A stretch of 64,000 bases of DNA from Balanoglossus misakiensis (taxonomy: Eukaryota > Animalia > Hemichordata), in NCBI GenBank assembly GCA_040954595.2, contig CM082587.2, positions 2,075,000-2,138,999 on the forward strand, read 5' to 3'. The position numbers and the translations under genes are program-made. The notes under the pieces are model-generated. The model saw only the letters and a program-made list of their open reading frames with translations. It searched no databases and was not told where the DNA came from. Positions 32,659 to 43,500 of this stretch are shown piece by piece. Each line of letters opens with the position of its first letter. Position 1 is the first letter of the stretch.

Positions 32659-33545
32659 TACTTTATAATTCTTATGCCATTTCACATTACCCATGATTAT
32701 CTCGGAGAAAAATAGCACGTTTGATGTGAAGTATCTGCGCCATCGCATAAACATCAGAGGATATTTCATCAAGTGTTATTTCAAGACTTATTTCAAGAAA
32801 GTGCCAGGTACCACTCATCTTCTGTACTTGACCCCGGATGACCTCAACGCTTCGCCCTCTATGGTAAGGAGAAGAAATCGACATGTTACACTGCAATGCG
32901 ACATATACATGTACATGTATGTTTCAGAAAGTGCCCCTCCCTGGGCCACCCTCCTCTCTCTCTTTGCTTTTCTTATTAAAACGGTAAGGAGTGTATCCAT
33001 CAAAGAAAGATGAGTCACTCTAAATATGTTTGCAAATGCAAAGTACAAGCGCTGAAGTAGCCTACAAGTCATTAAAGAAAGAAAAGTGTTGTCCAAGTAG
33101 GTGGACGAGAATGGCACGTCCACCTGCTACACAAACATGCAATAAAAGTAAGCGCATTTATACTGTAATAAATCGGCAAGTGACTTTACAGGTGCATTGT
33201 ATATGGCGTACTGGTGTCAATCAGCATTTGTGTGGAAACGTTTAAATTTTGGTGCTTTTAGTATCCTGCATTGCGATTTTTACCTAAAAATTGTTTTACT
33301 TTATCTTGTGTCATATATGTCAAGAGGGTACCACTTGACCTCTGCATGACCTCAGATAACGGCGACAAAAAGTTTTACGCTTCGCATTCTTCGGTGAGAA
33401 AAAGTTACAGGTTCACATGTATATTATTTTATCTTTTTGAGGTATTGCAACCTTGTGTCGGATATCTGTAAACATGGTGATCGTTTTGGCTGTTCTGTTC
33501 TCTGTTCATTTGAGAAACCTTAACATATCAACACTGAACATTTGT

Positions 33546-36500
33546 CTAACAACTCAGACTGAAAAAGTTGAGTGGTTTTTGCCTCTCTGATTTTATGCTT
33601 GGTTCTCTGCCAGAATCCATACATTCCTGTAACTCTCTCAATCTTTCAATTTCCTTTTCTGTCTGATTTACGTTTTTCTCTTCATCTTTCTCATCAAAGA
33701 CTTTCCTCAAACTTTGTAATTCAGTGATAGAAAGACCATAGTGGTCTTTGGCCTTTTCTCTATCGCCTTTTTTGGAGAAAGTATCTGCCATATTTTCCAG
33801 AACCCAAGCAATTCCGATGTTCGGAGTAGTCACTGTTTTTGCTGCTTCTTTTCTGATCTTCAAACATTTCCCTAATTTCTGTAATGCCTGCTCATATTGG
33901 CCTGCTCTCATTAGTGTGTTGCCATGGCAATGTAATGCTTCAGCTGTGAATGGATGAGAGGGACCAAGATTTTCACTTCTGTGTTTAACAGCTTTTTCGT
34001 GCCATTTAAGTGCTTCTTCGAAATCTTCAAGAAGAGAATACACCTCCCCAAAGCAGGTGTACACCAGAGATGCATTTTTGTGCTGCAGGCCTAAGCGTTT
34101 GATCATCTGATGTGCCTTTTTGACTAATTTCATAGCCTCGACATCATTGCCACGACAACAGTACTGCATAGCAACATTGCACAGTGAATCAACGTTTGCA
34201 TGTGAGGGCCGAGCATCAAACTGCATCTTGATCTGTAGACCCCTGAACGCACACTCAAAGCCTTTGTCGTCATCACCCTGACCGTAATAAACGTGGCTGA
34301 GGTTGTTGTTCATGGAACCAATCATTGGATGCATTCCCCACATCGCTTGGCGACGTTCCAGAGCTTCTTTCGAATACTTCTCACTCAGCGAGAAACTACC
34401 TGTGAGTCAAAGAAGAAAATTATCAGTACTTCGAAGAAAAAAAATTAATAATGGCAGATTTTTCTTGAAAATGAGTTGATTTACGTCCGAGTCACTCCAT
34501 AAGAGTTTATTGCTCATATATTAAAATCATGTCTCATCTTGCTGACACTCTCCTTGTATATACCCCATGCGACCTTTGAACGTATCTTTTTTTTTACTAT
34601 ACCAGAAACACTTTTCACAACTGCCAACTATACTACTGTGCCTCACCAGTACAGCAATGCACAATCCCAAGGCTGGCCATGTTACCACATGCTAATCTTT
34701 CAGTGCGAAAAATCCGGTCTCTCAGGGAATCTGGAACATCTTTCCCGACTGCTATGTAACCCTCATCTTCTTTCTTCAGAGTCTCCAGAACTCGTCTGTT
34801 CATGGCAAAGGCTTTATCAAGCCATCTTTTAATAATACATATGAAAGTATTGGCATTAATTAATACGTGTTAGGAAATGAACATACTTGACCATGTTTTA
34901 GGCTCAGTATAGGTCGAACAAACACGGTAGTTCTATGATAACACAACGTATACTCCGGTATCTGTAACTTTAGGATATTCTCGGTATTTTTTTGTTTTGT
35001 GTACCAACTACACTTTCTTGCCCTCCTCCCTAAAGTATTCCAAAATACATCGTTTGCTTCTCATCAACATGCCATGTGTATGTGTAGCGATGGTGGTTAT
35101 CAAGTCAAAACTGTGATACAGTTTTTTCCCAACAACCTATGTCGATTATGGACAATTGTCACATGGGCTATGTCGAGATGATGTCTCATTTTGCGATCCA
35201 TTCACACATTGCATGATACTCACTCAATTGCGTTGTTTTCAAAGCCCCTGGCATGAAAGTTAGCACCGATATGAGAATACAGCCAGGCTAAATCTTCGCT
35301 CTCACCGAGAGCTTCAAGAATTTCCTTTGATTTCATGTATGCTTTGTAACCAGCTTCATATCTACTGCCAACGAAACCAAGGACCTGTCCATAGGACGAC
35401 AGCATTAGACCGAGGTTTCTAGGGTCATTGTGGGTTTCAGCATACGCGGCGGCTGAGTTGACGCAGGCTTCATAAAACAGAATTGATTCCTTGCCAAAGA
35501 AATTAATAAGGAGATATTCGGCACGGTATGCTAACTGGATGAAGAGATTGTAGTGCTCCTGCGAGCAATTGACAGCTTCTTTCAGCAATTTCTCGATGTT
35601 GTGGATTTCTTTGATGAACAATGGAAGCTTCTTGCAGTTGTTGGCTTCCACAAGTGGAGCTAGCCGTTTCACCAACATTGCGAAATATTCACAGTGTCTG
35701 TTACGAGTGTATTCTTCATTTCGGAGACCAGAATGGTGTTGCTCCATGAAATCACGCAAGAATGCATGGATGGAAACTCTCTGTGGTGTGTCGCTGGTTT
35801 CTAAGGACAACAGAGAGCGTTTGGCCAGGGGAAGTACTGCATCTTGTTTGGTTACAGCCGTGGAATCCATTCCAAGCACATGGGTGGCCGCATCCATATC
35901 AAAATCACCAGGGAAATATGCCAGCGTTGCATAGTGAGTTTTCAGTAGTACAGTCAACTGTTCTATGGAGGTCTGAACAACGCCTTGTAGATTCGGTTTG
36001 GTGTCAGCATCCGTCTGTTCTAGGGCCCGTGCTTGGTTTTCTCTCCAGATGCTGCACAGGTCGTCTGGTTTCACTGTTTCAGTCTGTAGGATTCCAGCTG
36101 TCAGAATAAGTGCCAATGGTATCCCTTCACACAATTTCACCATCTCATCGAGATCCTCCTCTTCGATGTCTATCTCAGGGATCAGATTTTCCAGCAAGTG
36201 CTGAGATTCTTCTGGTGTCAGTGGTAGCAACTTCATGCTACAGAAGACTCGGTCAAGCCTTAAAAACTTCAGCTGGAAACGGCTAATCAGCACCACCATA
36301 ATGTTGCCAGTTTTATCCACCATCTCTTCACACAGGAGCTGAAAGTCTGTCTGTAAGTCACGGTCTCCAGTACCGGCCACTGTTTCCACGTGATCAAACA
36401 CCACCAGGTGATAATCTTCCAATCTTGCGAAGTTGACAAATCTTCCATCAAATGGTCTGAGAGAAAACATCAACTTGGTTCGGACTGTGTTTATTTCAGA

Positions 36501-37451
36501 CAGTCCTTCGAGATTGATATAGTGGGGTTTTATTTCAGCTGTAACATCTTCTAACACTTTCTTCATGAGGGTTGTTTTCCCAATGCCGGGACAGCCATTA
36601 ATTTGGAGAAGCTGAATTGGAGGGTTTTCTCGGCCATGAAACGACGACAAACCCACCCATTTATTGATCATGTCATTAATATTGTCTTTCTCCATTACTC
36701 GACCAGTGAAGATGCAATTTTGAGCTGAAATTGCACTTGCTTCCCCAGGTGTCTGAAAAATACAGTGTTGTAATTTATATTTAGAAATCCCGGCGCGAAC
36801 TAACGGTATGTGAGAAAACCATTTTTCAATTCTTGAACTGTTTTTTCAAGACTGAAATGATTAAACTCTTTGAGTAAAGCTAAGTGACGTGTACATAGTT
36901 TGTGCGACAGAATGCATTTTCAAAGGACACGCTGAAAAACAGGGGATAATGGCACGATAACCGATGTGTTATGTTTTTCAGGATTTCCCCCTATTTCCTT
37001 GTCATAGATATTATACCTAGAATATTTACAGTAAACGCATCAAGTGACCCTTCTGTAACATTTCTCCATTCTGGTTCTCGAAGCGTTTATCTCGGTAATA
37101 CTATGTAATAAAATGTTACTGCCATATCTTCGTTGCTACGGTCCGATTTGGCTTATTTTCGGTACGTTTCAACGTTGACATCACCCAGTTTTCCAGATAT
37201 CAGATTCATGGGGTCACCAGCAGAGTTCTCTATGCGTGAAAATGCAAACACTCGACAGAGGCGTCTGAAATTTGAGCAGCTGACAAACTGTTGGTGACTA
37301 CGCCTGAAAAACATGCATGCCCACGGGTAGTGTTTACCTAGTTTCAAAATGTCCTTGTCGGGTTTGTGTCCTGCTTGATACCTACCTTATTTGTACTTCC
37401 AGGAAGGTTTTGCGGACCCCGTACTCTTCTCTTTGGGTCTGAATTTGACAT
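33546..37451 (-). CDS. STAND (NB-ARC-like) NTPase plus TPR protein, copy B, about 875 aa
   Basis: Exons 37451-37386 (MSNSDPKRRVRGPQNLPGSTNK, less certain), 36752-35224, 34825-34647, 34399-33546 (2628 nt). Walker A GCPGIGKT. Same motifs and same last two exon sizes (179 and 854 nt) as copy A. Confidence 0.85.
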
Positions 37452-37600
37452 TCTTAACATGTAAAAGTAATGTACATGAACGTGTTGTCGAATGAGAACG
37501 GTATAGCAGTCGATGTCACACTCCTTTCGTTTTGCAATAGATGGCGTTCAGTACATCAAAGAAATATGACCGCCTCTAATTTACATATGTTTTTATGGTA

Positions 37601-37611
37601 GGGGATTTCCC
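37601..37611. promoter_or_regulatory. NF-kB site GGGGATTTCCC upstream of STAND-TPR copy B
   Basis: Consensus match 150 nt upstream of the inferred ATG. A weaker site, AGGATTTCCCC, lies at 36980-36990 in intron 1. Confidence 0.55.
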
Positions 37612-38844
37612 AGTGGTAATGCGTGGTTGTTTTGAGCTTATGTTCCATAGCCTTATAGGTAAGCTTTCGAGAAAACGCTTCCGTCACATTGACGTTTTCT
37701 TGAGATTTTCACAAAATGTATCCAATGATATCAAGAAAACACTATGTCACCATGCTAGTTTTTTTAAATTGGTTCAGATATTTCGACCACAGAAAAAAAA
37801 GAGTAGCATGGGGAGTACAAGAAATGTATGGAGTTATGCTGAGTCAGCACCGTTTAATCAGCCCACCAAACAATCTGCAGGAAGTTTCGGCCATATTAGC
37901 TCCCCAAAATGGCCGACGTGGCCGGTGTGGAACTACTCACAACTTCCCAGTTTTACTCCACGTATTCAAAAGCAGAAAAAATGTTCCATTTAAGTTTTTT
38001 TTTGTTAAAACAGATTTTAAACAGAGATGACACATAGAAAGTAATATTTGTAAAAATGTAGTCACTGCAGCTTTAATGTTGTTGCAAATAAACTTCAGAT
38101 ACAAGAAGTTGCATTTTTATAAAGTTGTTCAGCAGACTGACAAACTTGCATGTCAGTTTGGTGTCATTCAACGTTTATATGTAACAATCACATGCAGGCC
38201 ATCAGTTCACATGTTGTTGTAAAAGCATCTTTAAAACTACGAGTGTGTACATCCTTCAAAGGTAAAATTTCTTCATTGGTAATAGCAAGGTGTTACTACT
38301 TCTTTTCGATAAATGACATTTCAAAACAGGTTGACTTTCATTTAGAATATAATGTTTTTCTTTGTTCAATTTAAATGTATAATCTATATTTGCTTGACTA
38401 TTTACACGAGTGAATTTCTGAAAAGTCTTCAATTCATCTAAGGTTACAGCAACAGGTTACGTTCATTGTTTAAAATAAAGATTTAGCGCCCTCGCATGAC
38501 TGAATTATTCCACCTCCCTGGCCCCATTAAGCCAGTGGATCATCACATTTCAAAGTGAAGGGAGGGTGCATCCTGATGAGGGCAATATTCATGCACAGTT
38601 TTTCGCATCAATATTGCTAGAAGGTATTTAAAACTTTTTCATCCAAAGATACATAGAAAAGTACAAAAGATAATTTAAAAGGATATATCCGAATAGGTAA
38701 AATCACAAAACAGAGAGAGAGAGACAGACATACACACATTGTCACCATGTAAATCCCTGTTTTACAGTACTGACTGTGGCTCTGCAGTTCAAGCTGGCTG
38801 TGGATTCTCATTGTGTGTTTATACACTGACTATTTCTGTTGGTC

Positions 38845-40046
38845 TCAAGTATCGACTGCACCATAAGACCCAGTGTGAACATGAACCTCAGAATGGTGTT
38901 GCTCCTCATCTTCATGTTCCACGCCTCGCCTGTCCGAGTCTTGTAAATCTTGCGGCGTGGTCGAGGACTGGATAGAACCTTCTCGGTAGAAACCAAACAA
39001 GAAGTATCCCACCCCGAGACCAAACAACACAGACAGAAATATGTATGAGTTGTAGCTCATGATGGCCAGCATCAATAAGTATCCAACGATGACTTCGAGT
39101 AGGTGAAGCAAGGAATTGGTCATGTGTAGTTTGAGTCTGGTGTGGAAAAGGAGAGAAAAAACATTTATTGATGTGTAATATTCAAATGGGAGGACTGACA
39201 AGTACTTTTGTTGGTTTATCCTGCATGATTATAATTGTGTCACATGCAGCACCATTGCAGTATACATGTACGGTAAGAAAAATACTGTCCAAGAACTGCT
39301 TGATTTTCAGTACCTTCTCCGTTTGATGTGTTGCACAGTGGGAGGAATTCTCAGAGATGACAATAGAGGGCTATGAGAATTCACTGTACGGTTCTCAGAC
39401 TGGGCCTCTGTCAGTGGGTTAGCTGTTATCTTCCTCCGAATATGTGCCATCAAGGTTTTGATCAGTTCAATGAGAATGGCCACCACCGCGACAACTACCA
39501 TTGCTGCAGCCAAATCTAAAATTAAGAAAACCCCACATATTTCTTGTTATTATTGGCAAGAGTGACTACACCCAAGCAGAAATCAAACCAAGATAATAAA
39601 ATGGTATGTGTGTCTTGTCTACCTCATTCCAAATGTATTTATGTAACAATGAGCTACTATTAAAATCTTACATCTCCATTCATCTATGTATACTCCTTTG
39701 AAAAGAAAATGTCCAAGGTCCTTGCCGAAATGAAACCATTGCTGAAATAAATAATAATAATGATTATCATTATTATATTTAGCTATCAGATATACCCTGA
39801 TCTATTTTATAACCTGATCTATTGCAGATATTACAACAAAGTCAGCACTTCTGAATGCGCACTGAGTTGTGAGGTTGGCGATATTAGAATATTTAGCATA
39901 CAATGTACTATAAAGATCAGTGACTAACTGATCTGACATGTAGTGTACATAATACTGGTGACCTCTGGGACTGCGTTTTCACTTTTTGTTAGCTGCTCTC
40001 CAGAATACATGTACTTAATTTTCGATTAGCTCCATACCTTCATCAT
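38845..40046 (-). CDS. Ctr copper transporter, SLC31A family (CTR2-like short N-terminus), about 190 aa
   Basis: Exons 40046-40038, 39741-39672, 39515-39314, 39136-38845 (573 nt). Three hydrophobic segments. GYLLMLAIMSYN (MxxxM) and GLGVGYFLF (GxxxG). Confidence 0.88.
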
Positions 40047-40269
40047 TGTTTCAATTGTCAATTCTTACTGATTACGGAAACGGTGAGCAATTCGTACAAT
40101 GTCGGCGGCTACATAATTTTGCGCAAGATGTTTACATCGATCCACCTCCCTTTCCTCTGGTTGTCAGCTGAGTGGTCATGTGATTGCACTGTCATGTGAT
40201 AGCTGACCTTTTACTTGTTGTATGTGAGGAGGTCATAGGTTACAACGGAATTTAAAGCGACAAACTCCA

Positions 40270-40410
40270 TGGTTCTGATTGGCTAAATTGATTTATTCAT
40301 ATGTAACAAGTAACTTGATTGGTCACGAAATTCGAACAGTCAGTTGAGGGAAATCCAATTTGCTGAGCGTACGGCGTGAAAACGACGTGTTGTATTGTTG
40401 TTTGAAATTA
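40270..40410 (+). promoter_or_regulatory. G2/M-type ASPM promoter: tandem inverted CCAAT boxes plus CHR-like elements, in the short gap shared with SLC31A
   Basis: ATTGG at 40278 and 40318, TTCGAA at 40331, TTTGAA at 40401. This is the NF-Y plus CHR arrangement known from cell-cycle genes. Confidence 0.55.
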
Positions 40411-40545
40411 TAACAGAATTGCACAGTGTTTTCGGCTAAAATTTTGCTCGGCGTTTTCGGACAGTATTATTTGCATGATACACTCGTTACAGCTCAAATT
40501 TGACGACTGCTGTACTCAGAAGACAAGTCTGTAGCAAAGCAGGCA

Positions 40546-43500
40546 ATGGCTGCAACATTGCCAGTGTCGCCCTTCGCGGCGTCGCCGTTCTCTGATGGAG
40601 GAACTCCGGGTAAGGAAATGCGCAGATCAGCTTGGTTTACTCGCGCTCCACATCGAAAGAACAGCCCTGAAAGTAAAGGCGAAGCGACTCCGGAACTGCA
40701 ACTCACCTATTTCGCCGGTAAAACCACCATCACCTTCAACAAAGTTAAAATCGGAAAGGCTAAAACTTGTAAGTTGCGTCTGCGAAACCCAACCGATGTA
40801 GAGCTAGAATTGTTTTTGGAAAAATTCCCTGTAAAAAAGGGTTTCACCGCATCTGAGCAAAGATGGACCATACCACCCGAAGACGATACAATTATGACGA
40901 TAACATGGGTGCCTACAAAGGAAGGGAATATCCGTGAGTTGGCGACCTTCAAATTTGACGGTGCGCATCGACTTCAAATCATTATCCTGGGAACGGCTGT
41001 TGCTTCACCAAAGAAAACTGTAAGTACATTCTTGAATCCATACATTCTACTCATTTATATAGTTTCATTTCATATCTGGGTTAAACCCGGTAAATTGACC
41101 GGGGAATTGCAATTAACAAAAATACTGATGAAGTTGTCCATTTCTTATACTCATTTTTCTTTAGAAGAAGAGGCGTAAATGGAATGTGAAGAGTGGGACT
41201 AGTGGGATTGCAGATCTGAGGAAGAGATGTCTGCAAAACAGCAGCAACCAGAATAGAGCAACGATGACACTCGGCAAGAAGCAACCAAGCCCAGTCATAT
41301 CGCGACATGATGCGGAAAACATTGCACCATCTGAGGTACCACTGCCAATCATCCAGCCACCAGACGAAGAAGACACTGACGTTGCCACGGAGATGGCAGA
41401 TATTCCCAAGACTCCATCTTCTATGAGGAGATCTAGAACATTTGAGTTGCTGAATGCAACCTTGGACACGACACCTGTGATTGGTGGAGACACGCCCAGC
41501 CCCTTGAAACCAGCGACTGCTGTGTCACCTCTGCAAGAGAGCCAAGCCTTCAATGTTAGCATGAGTCCGACTGGAGTTCCACAATTCACTGATGAAATGT
41601 ATGCACTCTATGGAATCAGTCCAGATGTGAAGGGTTTTGTGGGAAAAGGGATTCAGAGCAGGCTGACCTTCTGTGTCGACAAAAGTCAACCACTGCCAAC
41701 CAGGCTAAGCAGCAGTCCGAAAGATGATCTCAAAGTTCAACCTCATTCCCTGGAAATCCAACCAGTCAAGCTCCCTGAAATGAAAAATTTGAGTGCCGAA
41801 CTGGTGGAAGAAATTGATGTGAACTCCCCTATTGAGAAGGACGAAGCACTGCCCTTTTTGATAAGCGACACACCAGCCAGCCACACTGCTCTGATTGGAT
41901 CTTTCCTGCTGCCAAGTGATACTGATGAAACGCCATCTCGCAGGCAAAGTAGTACACCACTCACTTCCACAGAGAAGACCAACCAAGCCCAGTTAGAGAA
42001 GCGAGCATCCCTTGTATCACTGCCTGTTCACAAGGATGAAGATACAGATCCCAAACAAGCAGAACCTGAGAAATTATGGGATGGGCTTTTCAAGGCACCC
42101 CAGGCAGTACCCCCTAGGCGAAGAACCATTCAGGTGAGTGGTGGTGCTCAAAGCAAGCCAATGTCACAAGCAGAGAAGAGGCTGAAGGCTTTCCAGAGAG
42201 CAGAGAGAAGGAAGAGTGGTGTTGGTGCCGGCAGAGTGAGACGGCACTCTATCGGATCCCCCAAGGTGACGCGGCCGAAGAACGTGCCAGTGTGTGAAGT
42301 GGTTGAAGCAGTACTCGATGTCCAACCAAGGAGACTGTCTGCAGCCTCGGTGAACAGAACTGGAGCACCACAGATGGAAAGCAGGAGACAATCTCTGGCG
42401 TCTCAAACCGTCACGAAAAGCAAGCCAGTGGCTTTGAGTGATGTGGCTGAAGAGAGTGATGTAAAACCAAGGAGACTGACAAGTGGCGTTGTGGTTAAAA
42501 CTGATGCACCATCCATTGCAAGAAGGCAGTCTTTGGCTTCTCGGACCGTGACAAAAAAGAAGGATGTGTCATCGGTTGGTGTGGCTGAACAAGCTGAGGT
42601 TGACCCTAGACGACTGTCCAGTGCCACTGTGACCAAGACAGAAGCACCTCATCTTGCAAATCGCCGACAGTCCCTGGCCTCCCAGACTGTGACGAAGACA
42701 AAGACAAGTGCGGTATTACCGAAAGATGTGACAGATCAGATTGGTCAAGCTGATGAGGAACCACGGCGACTGTCCACAGCCACCGTCACCAAGGCAGAGC
42801 CCTCACTGTATCTCTTACCCGAAAATCGCTTGTCGGAAGAGGGTGCAGGAGTGTGTAAGAAGCTCTTTACAGAAAGCACATCTTCCACTGCCAGCAGTGG
42901 TCAACAGGAGACTGATGCAGCAGTTCTTCCCCACCAGGATAGCTCCCTGCTCATGTCCATGAGTGAAGTCGATGTCACTGACCACAACATTTCGATAGCC
43001 AGCATCGCCAGCCAAGATCTCTTCCCTGTTCACGAGAGCGTGGTCACTTCCAAAATCAAGAGGTCTGCCCAGGGGAGGAAGCCGCTGTCTAACGCCAATA
43101 AAAGGGCAAGGGTGGAACCAGAGGCAGGGAATGGCAGAAAAACATACCGGCCAATCAGGAAACCCAGCACAAGTTCCCTGAGAGAGAGGAAATCTTCCAC
43201 CAGTTCTGCCAAGGGAGTCCCAATGGCAAAGCTGAAATTGAGAAAACCTCAAAGAAAAGGTGAGCATCACACATTCTTTGTAAATAACAAGGTTTCTCTA
43301 TATTTTGTGTCAAAGTGCATGATGGTTCTTGTCAAACTAACGTACTGAACACTACATAAGTATTTTCGTTTTTATTTCCTTCCATTGCAGCTATAGCTAG
43401 TCATCCGAATCTGTATGCCGCTCAGAACATGTTCTATGATGAGAGATGGATGGAGAAACAAGAACGTGGCTTCACAAAATGGTTGAATTATGTCCTGACT

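Noticed and set aside
30855-36204. Duplicated plus-strand ORFs (MHGWKLSVV..., MAFSLSPF...) opposite the STAND genes
   Set aside because: Antisense shadows. They are duplicated only because the sense genes are duplicated.
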